A DNA stretch of 61,975 nt, counting the filler, from Clostridiaceae bacterium (GTDB lineage: Bacteria > Bacillota > Clostridia > CAYPLH01 > DUMO01), in NCBI GenBank assembly GCA_012839865.1. It is 8 parts of 8 records of this genome, joined end to end, with 100 filler letters (N's around TTAATTAATTAA, not from the genome) between each part and the next. Parts side by side here need not be neighbours in the genome. Positions count along the whole stretch, not along the records: positions 29,148 to 32,976 come from DUMO01000089.1; positions 33,077 to 43,517 come from DUMO01000029.1; 6 more parts are not named here. One strand, written 5' to 3'. Below are positions 32,101 to 41,624 of the stretch, piece by piece. Position 1 is the first letter of the stretch, and every line of letters begins with the position of its first letter. The notes under the pieces were generated by a model. It had not been told where the DNA came from, did no database searches, and saw nothing but the letters and a program-made list of their open reading frames with translations. Position numbers and translations under genes: made by a program.

Positions 32101-32853
32101 AAAGGCAAAGCTCCTGGATATACCTTCGTAAGCGCAAATGCTTCTGCATTCAAGTTCCGTAACATTGAACCTGTATCCGACGGCGTTTACAATTTCGTTT
32201 ACACCGACGATTTCGATATGGGTGTAATTGCAGCTCAGATTGCATCCGATGGAAGATCCATCGAACTTACAACATCAGTTCAGTTCAATGCTGATGCAAG
32301 TAACTCAACAGTAGTTGACTCTGTATACAAACTTGCTATGTATATAGTTGACAACGTCAATGATGTGGATGTTTCAATTAAAGACATGAACGGCAACAAA
32401 GTTGTAGTGGCTCGGGAAGATGCAATTCAGATTGCTGACAAGATCGGTGCTACTCACTTGAGAACCGAACGCAACTCTGGTAAAAAGAATGAAGCATGGC
32501 TGGTCTTTGACGAAGATATCGATTATGCATCTTCTATAAAGAAGAACGATAATAAGGATGCTATCCTTGCAAGCGGTATCGAAGTTAAGGATAAAGACGG
32601 TAAGGTCATGATTCCTGTAGTTGACTATACTGTAAAAATTGATTCGAGGAACGTTGTAGTAGGTAAAGACACAGATGGCAAAGATGTCATAAGGGGGAGA
32701 AAAGTTGTAGTAGTTACAGTAGAGAAGCGCAACTACACAGGTAACGTGACAATCGCTGTGAAGAGACCTGAGTTCATTAAGGACGCTATGGGCAATGCAG
32801 TTACCGTACGTGAATCCGACACATTCAAAGTTGAGCAATCACCATCACCATAA
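29173..32853 (+). CDS. S-layer protein paralog B (probably the major, highly expressed one)
   Basis: Same architecture as 19368-22748 (LTREQ, LLGKDY, KFNDKPLIRDD, Ig-like repeats). Strong RBS and strongly biased codons (GCA, GAA, AAG). Confidence 0.85.
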   Translation: MKNLKKLMAVVLAVAMLATSLLTVTAAGDQYKYLVEAQKLYDMGLYQGVSTTSFDPDLGSSLTREQGFTMLVRMFGGQSAAEALSNTEINNTLSQFKDASSISDWARPYVAFAVKEKMIQGRPDGTIGPKDALLGKDYATLILRALGYEVGADDYHVASAILVDKGGLTADMALKFNDKPLIRDDFVGITFAAMNAKDTSGVSIIAALVEAGVVSEAKALANGLYTAEKNLADAKAAVAALQAAANKDLTVEENIAAAEKLVEGTKAAVAKVEDVKLESDLAAAIAKIEAARKAFNDKLAQNKAAEDEVAALEAAVAKDLTVEANLLYAEGSVAGAEAAVETVKDATVKAALKARVDEAKAKLAAARTYLDAKKAVDAYKAAPYTTLEEIAAAEALEAAANTAVAKVADATKKAALEAEVAAKKALVAAKKAEITPIAVESVVANNLKAIVVNFTKPVDKNTITTSTVTVAGQTIKTALSNGNKTLTIELGTKVAQNAAVKLTLNGVKDSNGIALAKYEQTIDMIDVTIPVAQSVNFVSKKKIEIIFSEPVDCDTAGIYKTTNSDNLGGTIQLKIDDAYAFAKLSTSGNKLVVDFLNNLADGNHTVYLAGVPDYAGFKMSPASFSFNVTTDNVKPVATSVEAKSTSEIVVTFSENITIDGSPVVKVKETGGSEITIPKSALTADKTSLKIDLSDIQRQLTAAALVGFQVTVKDVQDAAGNKCDEVTLNGVLVDDQTPPTIVSYEVTDDNKVRVVFSEAVDGTPTFKLYKADGKEDKVEITWEEDKNKYDNKDVDYDYLIDIGKGESNIASYTLEIKGLTDKSIRKNPMGTVTLPITTKDTIAPEIKFAIIVEGPAIEITFSEPMDASTINNVQNYFLKVKGEIVTLIGTKAKISSISADNTKVVLSLKDTGIEPPSKDNNDEIAVIGAKDANGKALVGDGATIAKMFQLDDAYKLISADDLVFQAIAPNKIKVTFGKGKAPGYTFVSANASAFKFRNIEPVSDGVYNFVYTDDFDMGVIAAQIASDGRSIELTTSVQFNADASNSTVVDSVYKLAMYIVDNVNDVDVSIKDMNGNKVVVAREDAIQIADKIGATHLRTERNSGKKNEAWLVFDEDIDYASSIKKNDNKDAILASGIEVKDKDGKVMIPVVDYTVKIDSRNVVVGKDTDGKDVIRGRKVVVVTVEKRNYTGNVTIAVKRPEFIKDAMGNAVTVRESDTFKVEQSPSP

Positions 32854-32855
32854 AG

Positions 32856-32882
32856 AAAACAGGCCTTCGGGCCTGTTTTTTT
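32856..32882 (+). terminator. Intrinsic terminator
   Basis: AAAACAGGCC-TTCG-GGCCTGTTTTTTT. Confidence 0.9.
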
Positions 32883-32976
32883 ATGGAACAAAATAATTTG
32901 AGATACGTCTAAATAGCCGGGGGGAATAACTTCCGGCTTTTCTATTTAAGGTTTGAGAAACTGCGGAGGATAGTTC

Positions 32977-33076
32977 NNNNNNNNNNNNNNNNNNNNNNNN
33001 NNNNNNNNNNNNNNNNNNNNTTAATTAATTAANNNNNNNNNNNNNNNNNNNNNNNNNNNNNNNNNNNNNNNNNNNN
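32977..33076. other. Artificial linker
   Basis: N44-TTAATTAATTAA-N44. Confidence 0.98.
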
Positions 33077-35484
33077 ATCATATAAAAAGGATGAAGACGA
33101 TTCTGGTTTTTAATATTTATGGCTTTATTAATGTTTTTCAGTATAAATATGACACCAGGCTTTTCTCCTCTTACTACAGCATGAATACCAAAAGGAGTCC
33201 TGTCTAAATCTGGATGCTCTTTGATATAAGATAGAAGGTCCATCCTGAAATCGTTTAACCCTAAGTCCATTATGGAAATTCCTGTTGTCATATCTTCCAG
33301 GTCAACTATTTCATTTTGCAATTTTTCCAGTTGCGCCCTTCGATAAGCAAGGTCGCTTTTTCGTCCTGGTTTATATAATCATCGTCACCGGTGGCAGTTA
33401 AAACGGATATACGCATTCTTGCTTCTACCCGTTCTTTAAGATTTATATAATCGTCCAATGTCAAATCCGGCCAGAAGTTGACAAGTTGAATTACCTTGTT
33501 TTTACTGCCAATACGGTCAATTCGTCCAAAACGCTGGATAATACGTACTGGGTTCCAGTGTATGTCATAATTGATACACCAATCACAATCTTGTAGGTTC
33601 TGTCCCTCGGAAATACAATCGGTAGCAATCAGTATGTCAATATTGTTATTAATATGAGGCATTACCAGACCTTTTTCCTTGGAAATAGGAGAAAAACAGG
33701 TTAAAATTGCATTCATGTCAGCAGGAAATTTTGGGATGGTAGTTCTTCCTTCAATAGAACCTGTTATTAGTGCGCAATCCAGTCCAAAATTTTCCTTTAT
33801 GAAAGAGCTGACATGTTCAAACAATATACTTATCCAATTTGCTGGGAAGAATATAATTAGTCGGTGTATAGATGGACAGATTCAACTGCATGAGTTGTTC
33901 ATAAATCTGTTCGTAATTAATAGCATTGTTTAAGGTAGTCAACTTGGGACGTAAGGAGATTGGTTTATTTCTCTCCGGGAAACTGCCAATTTCAGAAATA
34001 TTATAATAGCACCGAATATGCTTTCGTGAACGAGCTATGGTCACGCTGTCCAAAACTTCAAAAAAATCAAAATCCAACTGCTTTAGCAGGGTTTCTGTCG
34101 TACGGTATTCAAGCGGAAGCTTGCACCAGGAGTTATATACCTTTTGGACCTGCCTGAAAATAGTATCAATATCCTTTTTAGTGTTCAGTTTTTCATTGAT
34201 TAACTCCGGTTTTCCTTCATAGGCTAAAGCCAGTTGGTTGCGCAAATCATAAAAACGATTATTCACCGGGGTTGCAGAGAGCATCAGAACCTTAGTCTTC
34301 ACACCAGGACGAATGACTTTATTCATCAGTCTGAGATAACGGTTTTCTTTTTCTCCGTATTCTCCATAAACAGCACCGCCATTACGGAAGTTATGAGATT
34401 CATCAATTACAACAAGGTCATAGGCACCCCAGTTGATACGGTCAAGGGGTAAACCAATAACAGAGTCGCCACGTTCGCGAGACAAATCGGTATGGAATAG
34501 GACGTCATAGCGCAAACGGTCCTTAGCCATATGATTGTTAATTAGATTACCACGATAAGTCAGCCAGTTATCTTTAAGTTTTTTTGGACAAAGAACGAGG
34601 ACATTCTTATTTCTGTTTTCGTAGTACTTGATGACGGCAAGAGCTGTGAAAGTTTTTCCAAGACCCACGCTGTCAGCAAGGATGCAACCGTTGTATTGCT
34701 CAAGCCTGTTAATGATTGCAAGTGCGGCATCTTTCTGAAAACTATATAGCTTGTTCCAGATAACACTGTTTTTAAAACCAGTTGCTTCATTTGGCAGAAC
34801 ATCTTCGGAAATGTCCTCAAGGAATTCGCTAAATATATTATAAAGCGTCATAAAATAGATAAGCTCAGCTGAATTCTCCTGGTAAACAGCCGATATAGAT
34901 TCGATTACTTCTTCAGTCACATTCTGGAGTCGGCTTTCATCATTCCAAATGCTGTCAAACAAACGGATATATTCAGTACTGAAAGGAGCTTCGAATTTAT
35001 TCACCATATTATAGATGCTGTTGCCACGTTCACAACCTATGTCAACTGTTGTGAACCCATTTATCGGAAGGTAAGTCAATTGTCGGTTGTTCGCTTGTAT
35101 GTTGATAAATCCATTCATCCCTGAATTAGTTGAATTTGATTTAAAAGTTACTTTTTTACGAATCCAATCTGCACATTCGCGTGCAATAGCTTTTTGAGTA
35201 AGTTCGTTTCTCAATTTGATTTCAAATTCTGTTCCGTAAAGACTGCGTTCTCTATGTAATCGTGGAATATAAAATTCACGTTTTTCTTTTGGAAATTTCT
35301 CAGTGACAAATGTGGGGGATGTAAAGATAAACTGCATGGAGTCAATTTTTTCGAGCTCTGATTTTAACTCCTTGTAAGCATATATCGAAAAACATGCGGC
35401 TGCAATGGAAATATGGCTTCCTGGTGTGATGACCTGAACTAAATCATCCTTGACAATTTTTGTAATATTATTGAATATTTCCAA
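33077..35484 (-). pseudogene. SNF2-type helicase of the kind found with type III RM/DUF4391 defence loci; internal deletion and frameshift
   Basis: ILADSVGLGKT, VVIDESHNFR, MLSATPVNN; C-terminal ATDCISEGQNLQDC, QRFGRIDR. Frame break at about 33825 with middle segment missing, and a 1-bp frameshift at about 33356. Confidence 0.8.
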
Positions 35485-36006
35485 ATTGTCCCCCCTAAGG
35501 CATTCTTAAATTACTTATCTACGTTATTTACATTTTTTCATAATATCAGAAATGTCACATTTAATGGCTTGTAAATTTTTAAAGCAGTAATAATTCCATT
35601 TTTATTTTTCAATTTTTGACATTGAAAATATACTGACTACCAATAAAGTCCTTCTCTCCCTTATCTTTATCAATTAAGAGTTTTCAGAGTTTTTGTAATA
35701 TATAGTCTTGTTTTGTAACTTGTATTGTCATATAAAAAATATCATAAAGTAAATTAAACTCAATAAATACTTACATTAGTAAATTAATTTGCAAATTGAA
35801 AATTAATAATGAAATTTATGCTATAATAAATGGGCGGAATAGTATGGAATAATAAAGAATAATTTTGGTTTTAAAATTGTAAACCAAACTGTTACTTGCT
35901 TTATGAATAAAATAACAATTTATAACTCCATAAAAAAATTAAATTTAAAGCATTATATTAGTTAAAAAAATTCTAATTAAATCTCCAAAAAATTTTACAA
36001 TCATCA

Positions 36007-36035
36007 TTGAAATATTCCATGTTTTACTATATAAT
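36007..36035 (+). promoter_or_regulatory. sigmaA promoter reading into the cloverleaf element
   Basis: TTGAAA(36007-36012)-N17-TATAAT(36030-36035). Confidence 0.65.
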
Positions 36036-36058
36036 ATCCATGAAAGGAAAATTGAACG

Positions 36059-36160
36059 TAAAAAGGCGCAGTGACGCCCAGGTGCGGCAACACCTGAGCG
36101 CTCATGTAGGGTACACGACACCCGTACAAGTGCAGCATTAAGCTGCCACTTACGCCTTGT
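36059..36160 (-). ncRNA. Putative ~100-nt cloverleaf cis-antisense sRNA
   Basis: Own promoter TTGAAG(36194-36189)-N17-TATAAT(36171-36166). Closing stem AAGGCGTAAGTG/CACTGCGCCTT, three internal hairpins, terminal U-tract. Confidence 0.6.
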
Positions 36161-36430
36161 ATGCTATTATATTTCATTTTGATTATTACTTCAAGAGCAG
36201 CATCAAAGGGCGCAGATTGTACGGTATTAACCCGGCATGAAGCGTCCTTGTTTAATTTTCCTTTCCCTGAAATAATTTTTGCGGGAAAGGGATTCCTGGC
36301 AGCTTTGCAGCAAGTGTTTGGCAGAATAACAGTTGGACAGCAAGCGCATAGAAAAAAATAGGAATCCCTCCACCGCAAAAGCCAACGAATAAATACTGCA
36401 AAAACAAAGGGGAAAGGAAAGGTGCGGCTC

Positions 36431-36763
36431 ATGAATAAAAATATAGTATTCATGAAAAAGAACAAAAGAGGATTTTCAGTTGATTGTGAAGTTAAAAGGA
36501 TTGAGTGCCTGGAAAGAGAATTCGACAAGAAAGAAGAGGTGACAAAGCTTCATACCCTTACTTACGAGTTGTTTGAAAAGCTGATAGGACAACTTCCGGA
36601 AAGCGGAAGGATACAGCTTACACAGTTCAGCGATGCAATGAACCGTCTCATGTGCCTTCAGGCGACTTTTTACTATGCCCATGGCTTGTCGGACGGTTCA
36701 GCACTGGCAAAATTCATATCTAATGATAAGCAAAATGTGACTATTAATATCACTGTGGTGTAG
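36431..36763 (+). CDS. Hypothetical protein, mobile-element type
   Basis: ORF with RBS, helical, with FYYAHGLSDG motif. No firm family recognised. Confidence 0.6.
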   Translation: MNKNIVFMKKNKRGFSVDCEVKRIECLEREFDKKEEVTKLHTLTYELFEKLIGQLPESGRIQLTQFSDAMNRLMCLQATFYYAHGLSDGSALAKFISNDKQNVTINITVV

Positions 36764-36775
36764 GGCGGTGATATT

Positions 36776-36925
36776 ATGCTAAAATGGTTTTATGACAAGC
36801 AATACCGGACATTCATGTTTGGCTATATTTGCGGGCTTTTGTGCATTCCTTTGCTAAATGAGGTGGGAATGCTCAGCCTTGAGTTTTTTGACAGGGTTGC
36901 AAGGTGGATGGGATTCCTGAAATAG
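36776..36925 (+). CDS. 49-aa hydrophobic small protein
   Basis: Manual: MLKWFYDKQYRTFMFGYICGLLCIPLLNEVGMLSLEFFDRVARWMGFLK; GGCGGTG RBS-like sequence upstream. Confidence 0.55.
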   Translation: MLKWFYDKQYRTFMFGYICGLLCIPLLNEVGMLSLEFFDRVARWMGFLK

Positions 36926-37041
36926 AAGGTTGCAAAACTAATAGGATTTTTTAAATAAAAGATTGCAAAATAGATGGGATTTTTGAATTAAAAGGTTACA
37001 CACAGAGAGAATATTATTTAGAAAAAACACAAGGGGTCATT

Positions 37042-37902
37042 ATGTATAGCCGTGGCTTGTTGGAAACTTTGCTGTTTCCGCCTGTTTATTTGAATACAAA
37101 AAAGCTTGAAGAAAGGCTTCACGGGAAGACGATCCTTATAACAGGCGCGAGCTTTGGAATAGGGGAGGCGCTGGCTTACCGGCTGGCGGATATCGACTGC
37201 CATCTGATTCTGGTTGCCAGGACTGAAGAAAAGCTGTTGCAAGTCAAGCAGGAAGTAGAAAAGAAAAAAGCCAAAGCAACCATTTTTCCTGCCGACCTAA
37301 GAGATACCGGGAAGGTGGAGGAATTAACAAGCTTTATCAACCAATTGCCTGATGGCCTCGACTTGTTTGTCAGTAATGCCGGTATATCAATAAAGCGGTC
37401 CATTGCCGATTCATTAGACCGCTTTCACGATTTTACCCGGACTATGGCGCTCAACTATTTTGCACCGGTTCAGTTATTATTGTCCATTATTCCTCTCCTT
37501 GAGAAAAACAAGGGGCATATAATCAATGTATCCACGGTAAATGCTTTGCTTATACCATTCCCATACTGGGCTGCATACCAGGCGTCAAAGTCGGCTTTTG
37601 ACACCTGGTTCCGGTCCGCTTCTTTGGAACTTAATGCAATGGGCATTGCAACTTCTTCAGTATACTTGCCTTTGGTCAGAACGCGCATGATTTTACCGAC
37701 AAAAGAGTATCAACATGCTCCTGCAATGAGCCCGGAGTATGTTGCAGAAATCATCTGCAGGCTGATTTGCACAAGAAGGCGCAAATACAAGCCCTGGTGG
37801 TTGATTTTTGCACAGTTTGCTTCAATTACTTTCAGGGGAATATGGGAGTCGGTCATTCCTGCTTCTATAAAAAAGGGGAAAAAGGACAATGGCAATGGTT
37901 AA
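37042..37902 (+). CDS. Short-chain dehydrogenase/reductase
   Basis: ITGASFGIG, VSNAG, YQASK. Confidence 0.92.
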   Translation: MYSRGLLETLLFPPVYLNTKKLEERLHGKTILITGASFGIGEALAYRLADIDCHLILVARTEEKLLQVKQEVEKKKAKATIFPADLRDTGKVEELTSFINQLPDGLDLFVSNAGISIKRSIADSLDRFHDFTRTMALNYFAPVQLLLSIIPLLEKNKGHIINVSTVNALLIPFPYWAAYQASKSAFDTWFRSASLELNAMGIATSSVYLPLVRTRMILPTKEYQHAPAMSPEYVAEIICRLICTRRRKYKPWWLIFAQFASITFRGIWESVIPASIKKGKKDNGNG

Positions 37903-38703
37903 ATTAATCTATGCATTATTTAAAATGAAGCTGTTCTCACCTTTTGGCTTATACAGCCTGTTTTCCGCTTTGCACAAACATGGAATAAATATAATGGCGT
38001 TGTTGGGTTTTGCTGCAAAGGTATATGCTGATAAAATTGCGCTGGTGGATGAAAACGAAACATTGACCTATAAAGAATTATTTTCACAATCAATAAAAAT
38101 TTCCATGATATTAAAAGAGAAATATAAGCTTGTAAGCGGCCATAAGGTAGGTTTTCTGTGCAAAAACCATTCCAGCCTGGTCAAGGCTTTATTTGCCGTG
38201 TCCCAATCGGGAGCTGATATATACTTGCTTAATGCTGAAATGAGCGGCAGCCAGTTCGATAATATATTGAGCAAAACAGATTTTCATCTGATTATATATG
38301 ACTTTGAGTTGAGTTCCTTGATTGAAGGCTCGTCTTATACGAAAGAGAAGATTTTAAGTTATCACGATAGCTTGCCTGCAATCAGCAATCTGCATAATCT
38401 ATGCTCGGATGAAAACCTGAAAATAAAGCGTTCCTCAACCGGCAGGCTGATGTTGAGCAGGTGCTAAGGAGCCATCCCAAAATAGAAGATGTGGCTGTGG
38501 CAGGAATATGCGATGAAGGATTTGGCCAGAGGTTGAAGGCATTTGTGCTTTTGGCGGAAGGTTCCGGTTTAACCCAAGAGGAGCTTCTGGAATGGCTGCG
38601 TCCACGTGTGGCAAGATTTCAGATGCCTAAGGAAATAACCTTTGTTGATGAATTACCGTATACGGCTGTGGGAAAGGTTGATAGGAAGCAGCTGAAAGAT
38701 TAG
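37889..38703 (+). pseudogene. Acyl-CoA synthetase (AMP-binding) with large internal deletion
   Basis: The N-part ends at GRLML, just before the expected TGGTTG AMP loop. The C-part resumes at EQVLRSHPKIEDVAV...YTAVGKVDRK in another frame. Confidence 0.8.
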
Positions 38704-38846
38704 GTGGATTAAGCGTATATAGAATATGACATGTAGTTGTCAGTTATGATGAGATAAAATGGAGATGCAAGGCTAGAAAAAGCCCGGCATCTTATCGGAT
38801 TTTGATTATTGATATTATTCAATTTTACATTTTAAGGAAAACCAAT

Positions 38847-39716
38847 ATGCACTATAAAGAAGCAAAGGCGATTTTGTCTCCACACAACGGAATGAATATA
38901 TACCGGGGCTGCACCCATGGCTGTATTTACTGCGACAGCAGGAGTAAGTGTTACAACATGCAGCACAATTTTGAGGATGTGGAGGTTAAAGTTAATGCTC
39001 CGGAATTACTGGAAGCAGCCCTTAGGAAAAAACGCAAAAAATGCATGATCAGCACAGGGTCCATGAGCGACCCTTATATGCATATTGAGACAAAACTGAA
39101 TTATACAAGAAAATGCCTTGAAATTATCCGAGATTATGGTTTCGGGCTTTGCATCCTGACAAAATCGAACAGAATTTTACGGGACCTGGAGCTTCTAAAA
39201 AGCATAAACCAAAAGGCTAAGTGTGTTGTTCAGATAACCCTTACGACTTATGATGAAGATTTGTGCAAAATTTTAGAACCGTTGGTTTGCACCACAAGGG
39301 AACGCTTTGAGGTGCTGGAAATCATGCGGGACAATAATATTCCGACGGTTGTGTGGCTAGACCCGATTCTACCTTTTATAAATGATACGGAAGAAAACAT
39401 AAAAGGCGTCCTGGATTACTGTGTCAAGGCCAGGGTACATGGAATTATTTGTTTTGGCATGGGGATGACATTAAGAGAAGGAAACCGGGAATATTTTTAT
39501 TCGAAGCTGGATGAACATTTTCCCGGGCTTAAGCAAAAGTATCAAAAAAAATATGGTTACAGATATGAATTAATGAGTGAAAACAACGAAAAGTTGATGG
39601 GCATTTTTTACGATACCTGCAAAAAACATGGCATTGCCTGCAGTAATGATGCGATTTTTAAGTTTTTGCATACTTATGAATGCAAGCAGCAACCGAAGCA
39701 GGTAAGCTTGTTTTAA
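38847..39716 (+). CDS. Radical SAM protein (SPL-like/Rv2578c-type)
   Basis: YRGCTHGCIYC, STGSMSDPY, ILTKS. Confidence 0.88.
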   Translation: MHYKEAKAILSPHNGMNIYRGCTHGCIYCDSRSKCYNMQHNFEDVEVKVNAPELLEAALRKKRKKCMISTGSMSDPYMHIETKLNYTRKCLEIIRDYGFGLCILTKSNRILRDLELLKSINQKAKCVVQITLTTYDEDLCKILEPLVCTTRERFEVLEIMRDNNIPTVVWLDPILPFINDTEENIKGVLDYCVKARVHGIICFGMGMTLREGNREYFYSKLDEHFPGLKQKYQKKYGYRYELMSENNEKLMGIFYDTCKKHGIACSNDAIFKFLHTYECKQQPKQVSLF

Positions 39717-39864
39717 TATTTAAAGTGATTTATCCTTGAAATTTTGCTGTATCGGTCTGAGAAATTATTTCAAAGGACTCCTTTCATTTTCTAGTTGATA
39801 TTATTGTTTTATTGGTTATATTAATATATAGAATCAAAGTGGTTAAGGAAAAAGAGTGAATCAT

Positions 39865-40236
39865 ATGTTTTTTGTAGCGTTTTTTGGCATACAGGACAAG
39901 GATAAACATATTGGAACTTATAACAATGTTGAATGTCCCTCGTGTGGAAGGTTGACCAAATACGAAATCCACAAGTTGTACAGGTATTTTCACATATTTT
40001 TCATTCCGGTTTTCAGGTGGAATGTCAGGTATTTTGCAAAAACCTCCTGCTGTGGCAGTCTTTATGAACTGGATCCTTCGGTTGGCAGGGAATTTGAGAA
40101 AAACCAAAATACTGAAATCAGAAAAGAAAATCTTCGGCCTGTCAGCAATAACTACCCCTTTAAGTATTGCTCAAACTGCAGAACCAATGTGCCTGCGGAG
40201 TTTAGCTATTGCCCCTATTGCGGGGGGAAGCTGTAA
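39865..40236 (+). CDS. Zinc-ribbon domain protein
   Basis: CPSC...YFHIFFIPVFRW..CC; C-terminal CSNC..CPYC. Confidence 0.8.
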   Translation: MFFVAFFGIQDKDKHIGTYNNVECPSCGRLTKYEIHKLYRYFHIFFIPVFRWNVRYFAKTSCCGSLYELDPSVGREFEKNQNTEIRKENLRPVSNNYPFKYCSNCRTNVPAEFSYCPYCGGKL

Positions 40237-40408
40237 TTTGACGGAAGTTATCTTAAGGCAGCGTGCCTTTTACAAATGCATGGTTTTATGTTTGTATAGG
40301 AATTTATGATATTCAAATCAAAGTCTTGTTCAGTTAAAAAATGATGGGTAAAAGAAGTCTATAAACACACGAGCCAGACAAAAGAATTTTGTTTGCCTGG
40401 CTCGCTTT

Positions 40409-40484
40409 TGGTGGGCAATGGGGGATTCGAACCCTCGACTTCTACCTTGTGACGATAGCACTCTCCCAGCTGAGTTAATTGTCC
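40409..40484 (-). tRNA. tRNA-Val(CAC), with non-canonical pairs
   Basis: GGACAAT...CTATC-GTCACAA-GGTAG...GAGGG-TTCGAAT-CCCCC...ATTGCCC-A-CCA. Confidence 0.85.
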
Positions 40485-40945
40485 AAATATTACTTGCACT
40501 TCAATTTTAACTCTGTTAGTACTATGATTCAAGAGGTTTTTTGCGAAGTTTGAAATATAAAAAATGAAAACAGTTGTAGCTGAGATTTTGCATACCGCCT
40601 TCTTTTTTCCTGTAAAATATATGCCCTGAATGTGGAGGCAATTTGGTATGGAAAAAGGGCAAGTATGGCCAGTTTAAGAGGTGCAGCAATTACCCTGAAT
40701 GCAGGTTTAAGACAAAATAGTAACAGTTTTTTCATTCTCCCGGAGATAAAAATGAAGAATGCTGCAATTCCAATTGAACTAAATAATATTCGCTGTAAGA
40801 TTCATTTATTCGGACCATATGCTATGCACAAATATTTTTGAACAGGGAGCAAATCATAAGAAAGAGATTATTAATGAATATAATGTTTCAAAAAAACTTC
40901 TTTTGAAAAAATTGTCAAAACCTATAACTCATCAGGGCAATATAT

Positions 40946-41272
40946 TCAAACAGTCGAAAATGGCTTTTTGATATAATCGTCTCCACCGATGCCAAGCCCA
41001 AGTGCTATTTCATGGGTGGCATCCTTTGATGTAATAAAAATAATGGGCACATCGGATATCTTGCGGATCTCGTGACAGATTTCCAGTCCATCCATTCTCG
41101 GCAGCAGAATGTCCAACAGTATTAAGTCGGGCTTGTCGGTAACGATTTTGTCCATGGCATGGTCTCCGCTGTATACCGAAAGAACCTGAAAGCCTTCTCT
41201 CTTAAGATAATGGGTAAGAATTTCGTGTACAACCAATTCGTCGTCCACTATCATTATTTTTTCTTCTGCCAG
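40946..41272 (-). pseudogene. OmpR-family response regulator, receiver only (truncated)
   Basis: KIMIVDDE, PDLILLDILLPRMDG, GGDDYIKKPFSTV then stop; output domain absent. Confidence 0.7.
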
Positions 41273-41624
41273 GGAGTTTGCCCCCTTCCCTTTGGCAGTA
41301 TTCCGCCACAATCACAACAAAATTATTACTACATATAAAATTATACTATATTTTAACGGGCTTTGCCAATATTCTGCCATGTATCATATCAACTGCTGAC
41401 ATTTCTCCTGAAATTGTTCATTTATGCGTGTTTTTATCAAATTTTTTTGCAAACAGAAAACTGAAAAAACAGGATATTTGCCCGAAAAAGTAAAAACTTT
41501 AGAATTTCTTTACCTTCTCTAAAGGTAAAGGGGATAGAGATTAAAGATTGAAATGTTATAATATTCTCCAATTAAAATTTGGGTCATGCAATGCATTTTT
41601 ATATTTTGATGAGGTGAAAGGAAA

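Noticed and set aside
35485..36000. Very AT-rich 500-bp tract as a replication origin
   Set aside because: No DnaA-box cluster or iterons seen; more likely an AT-rich upstream region of acquired DNA.
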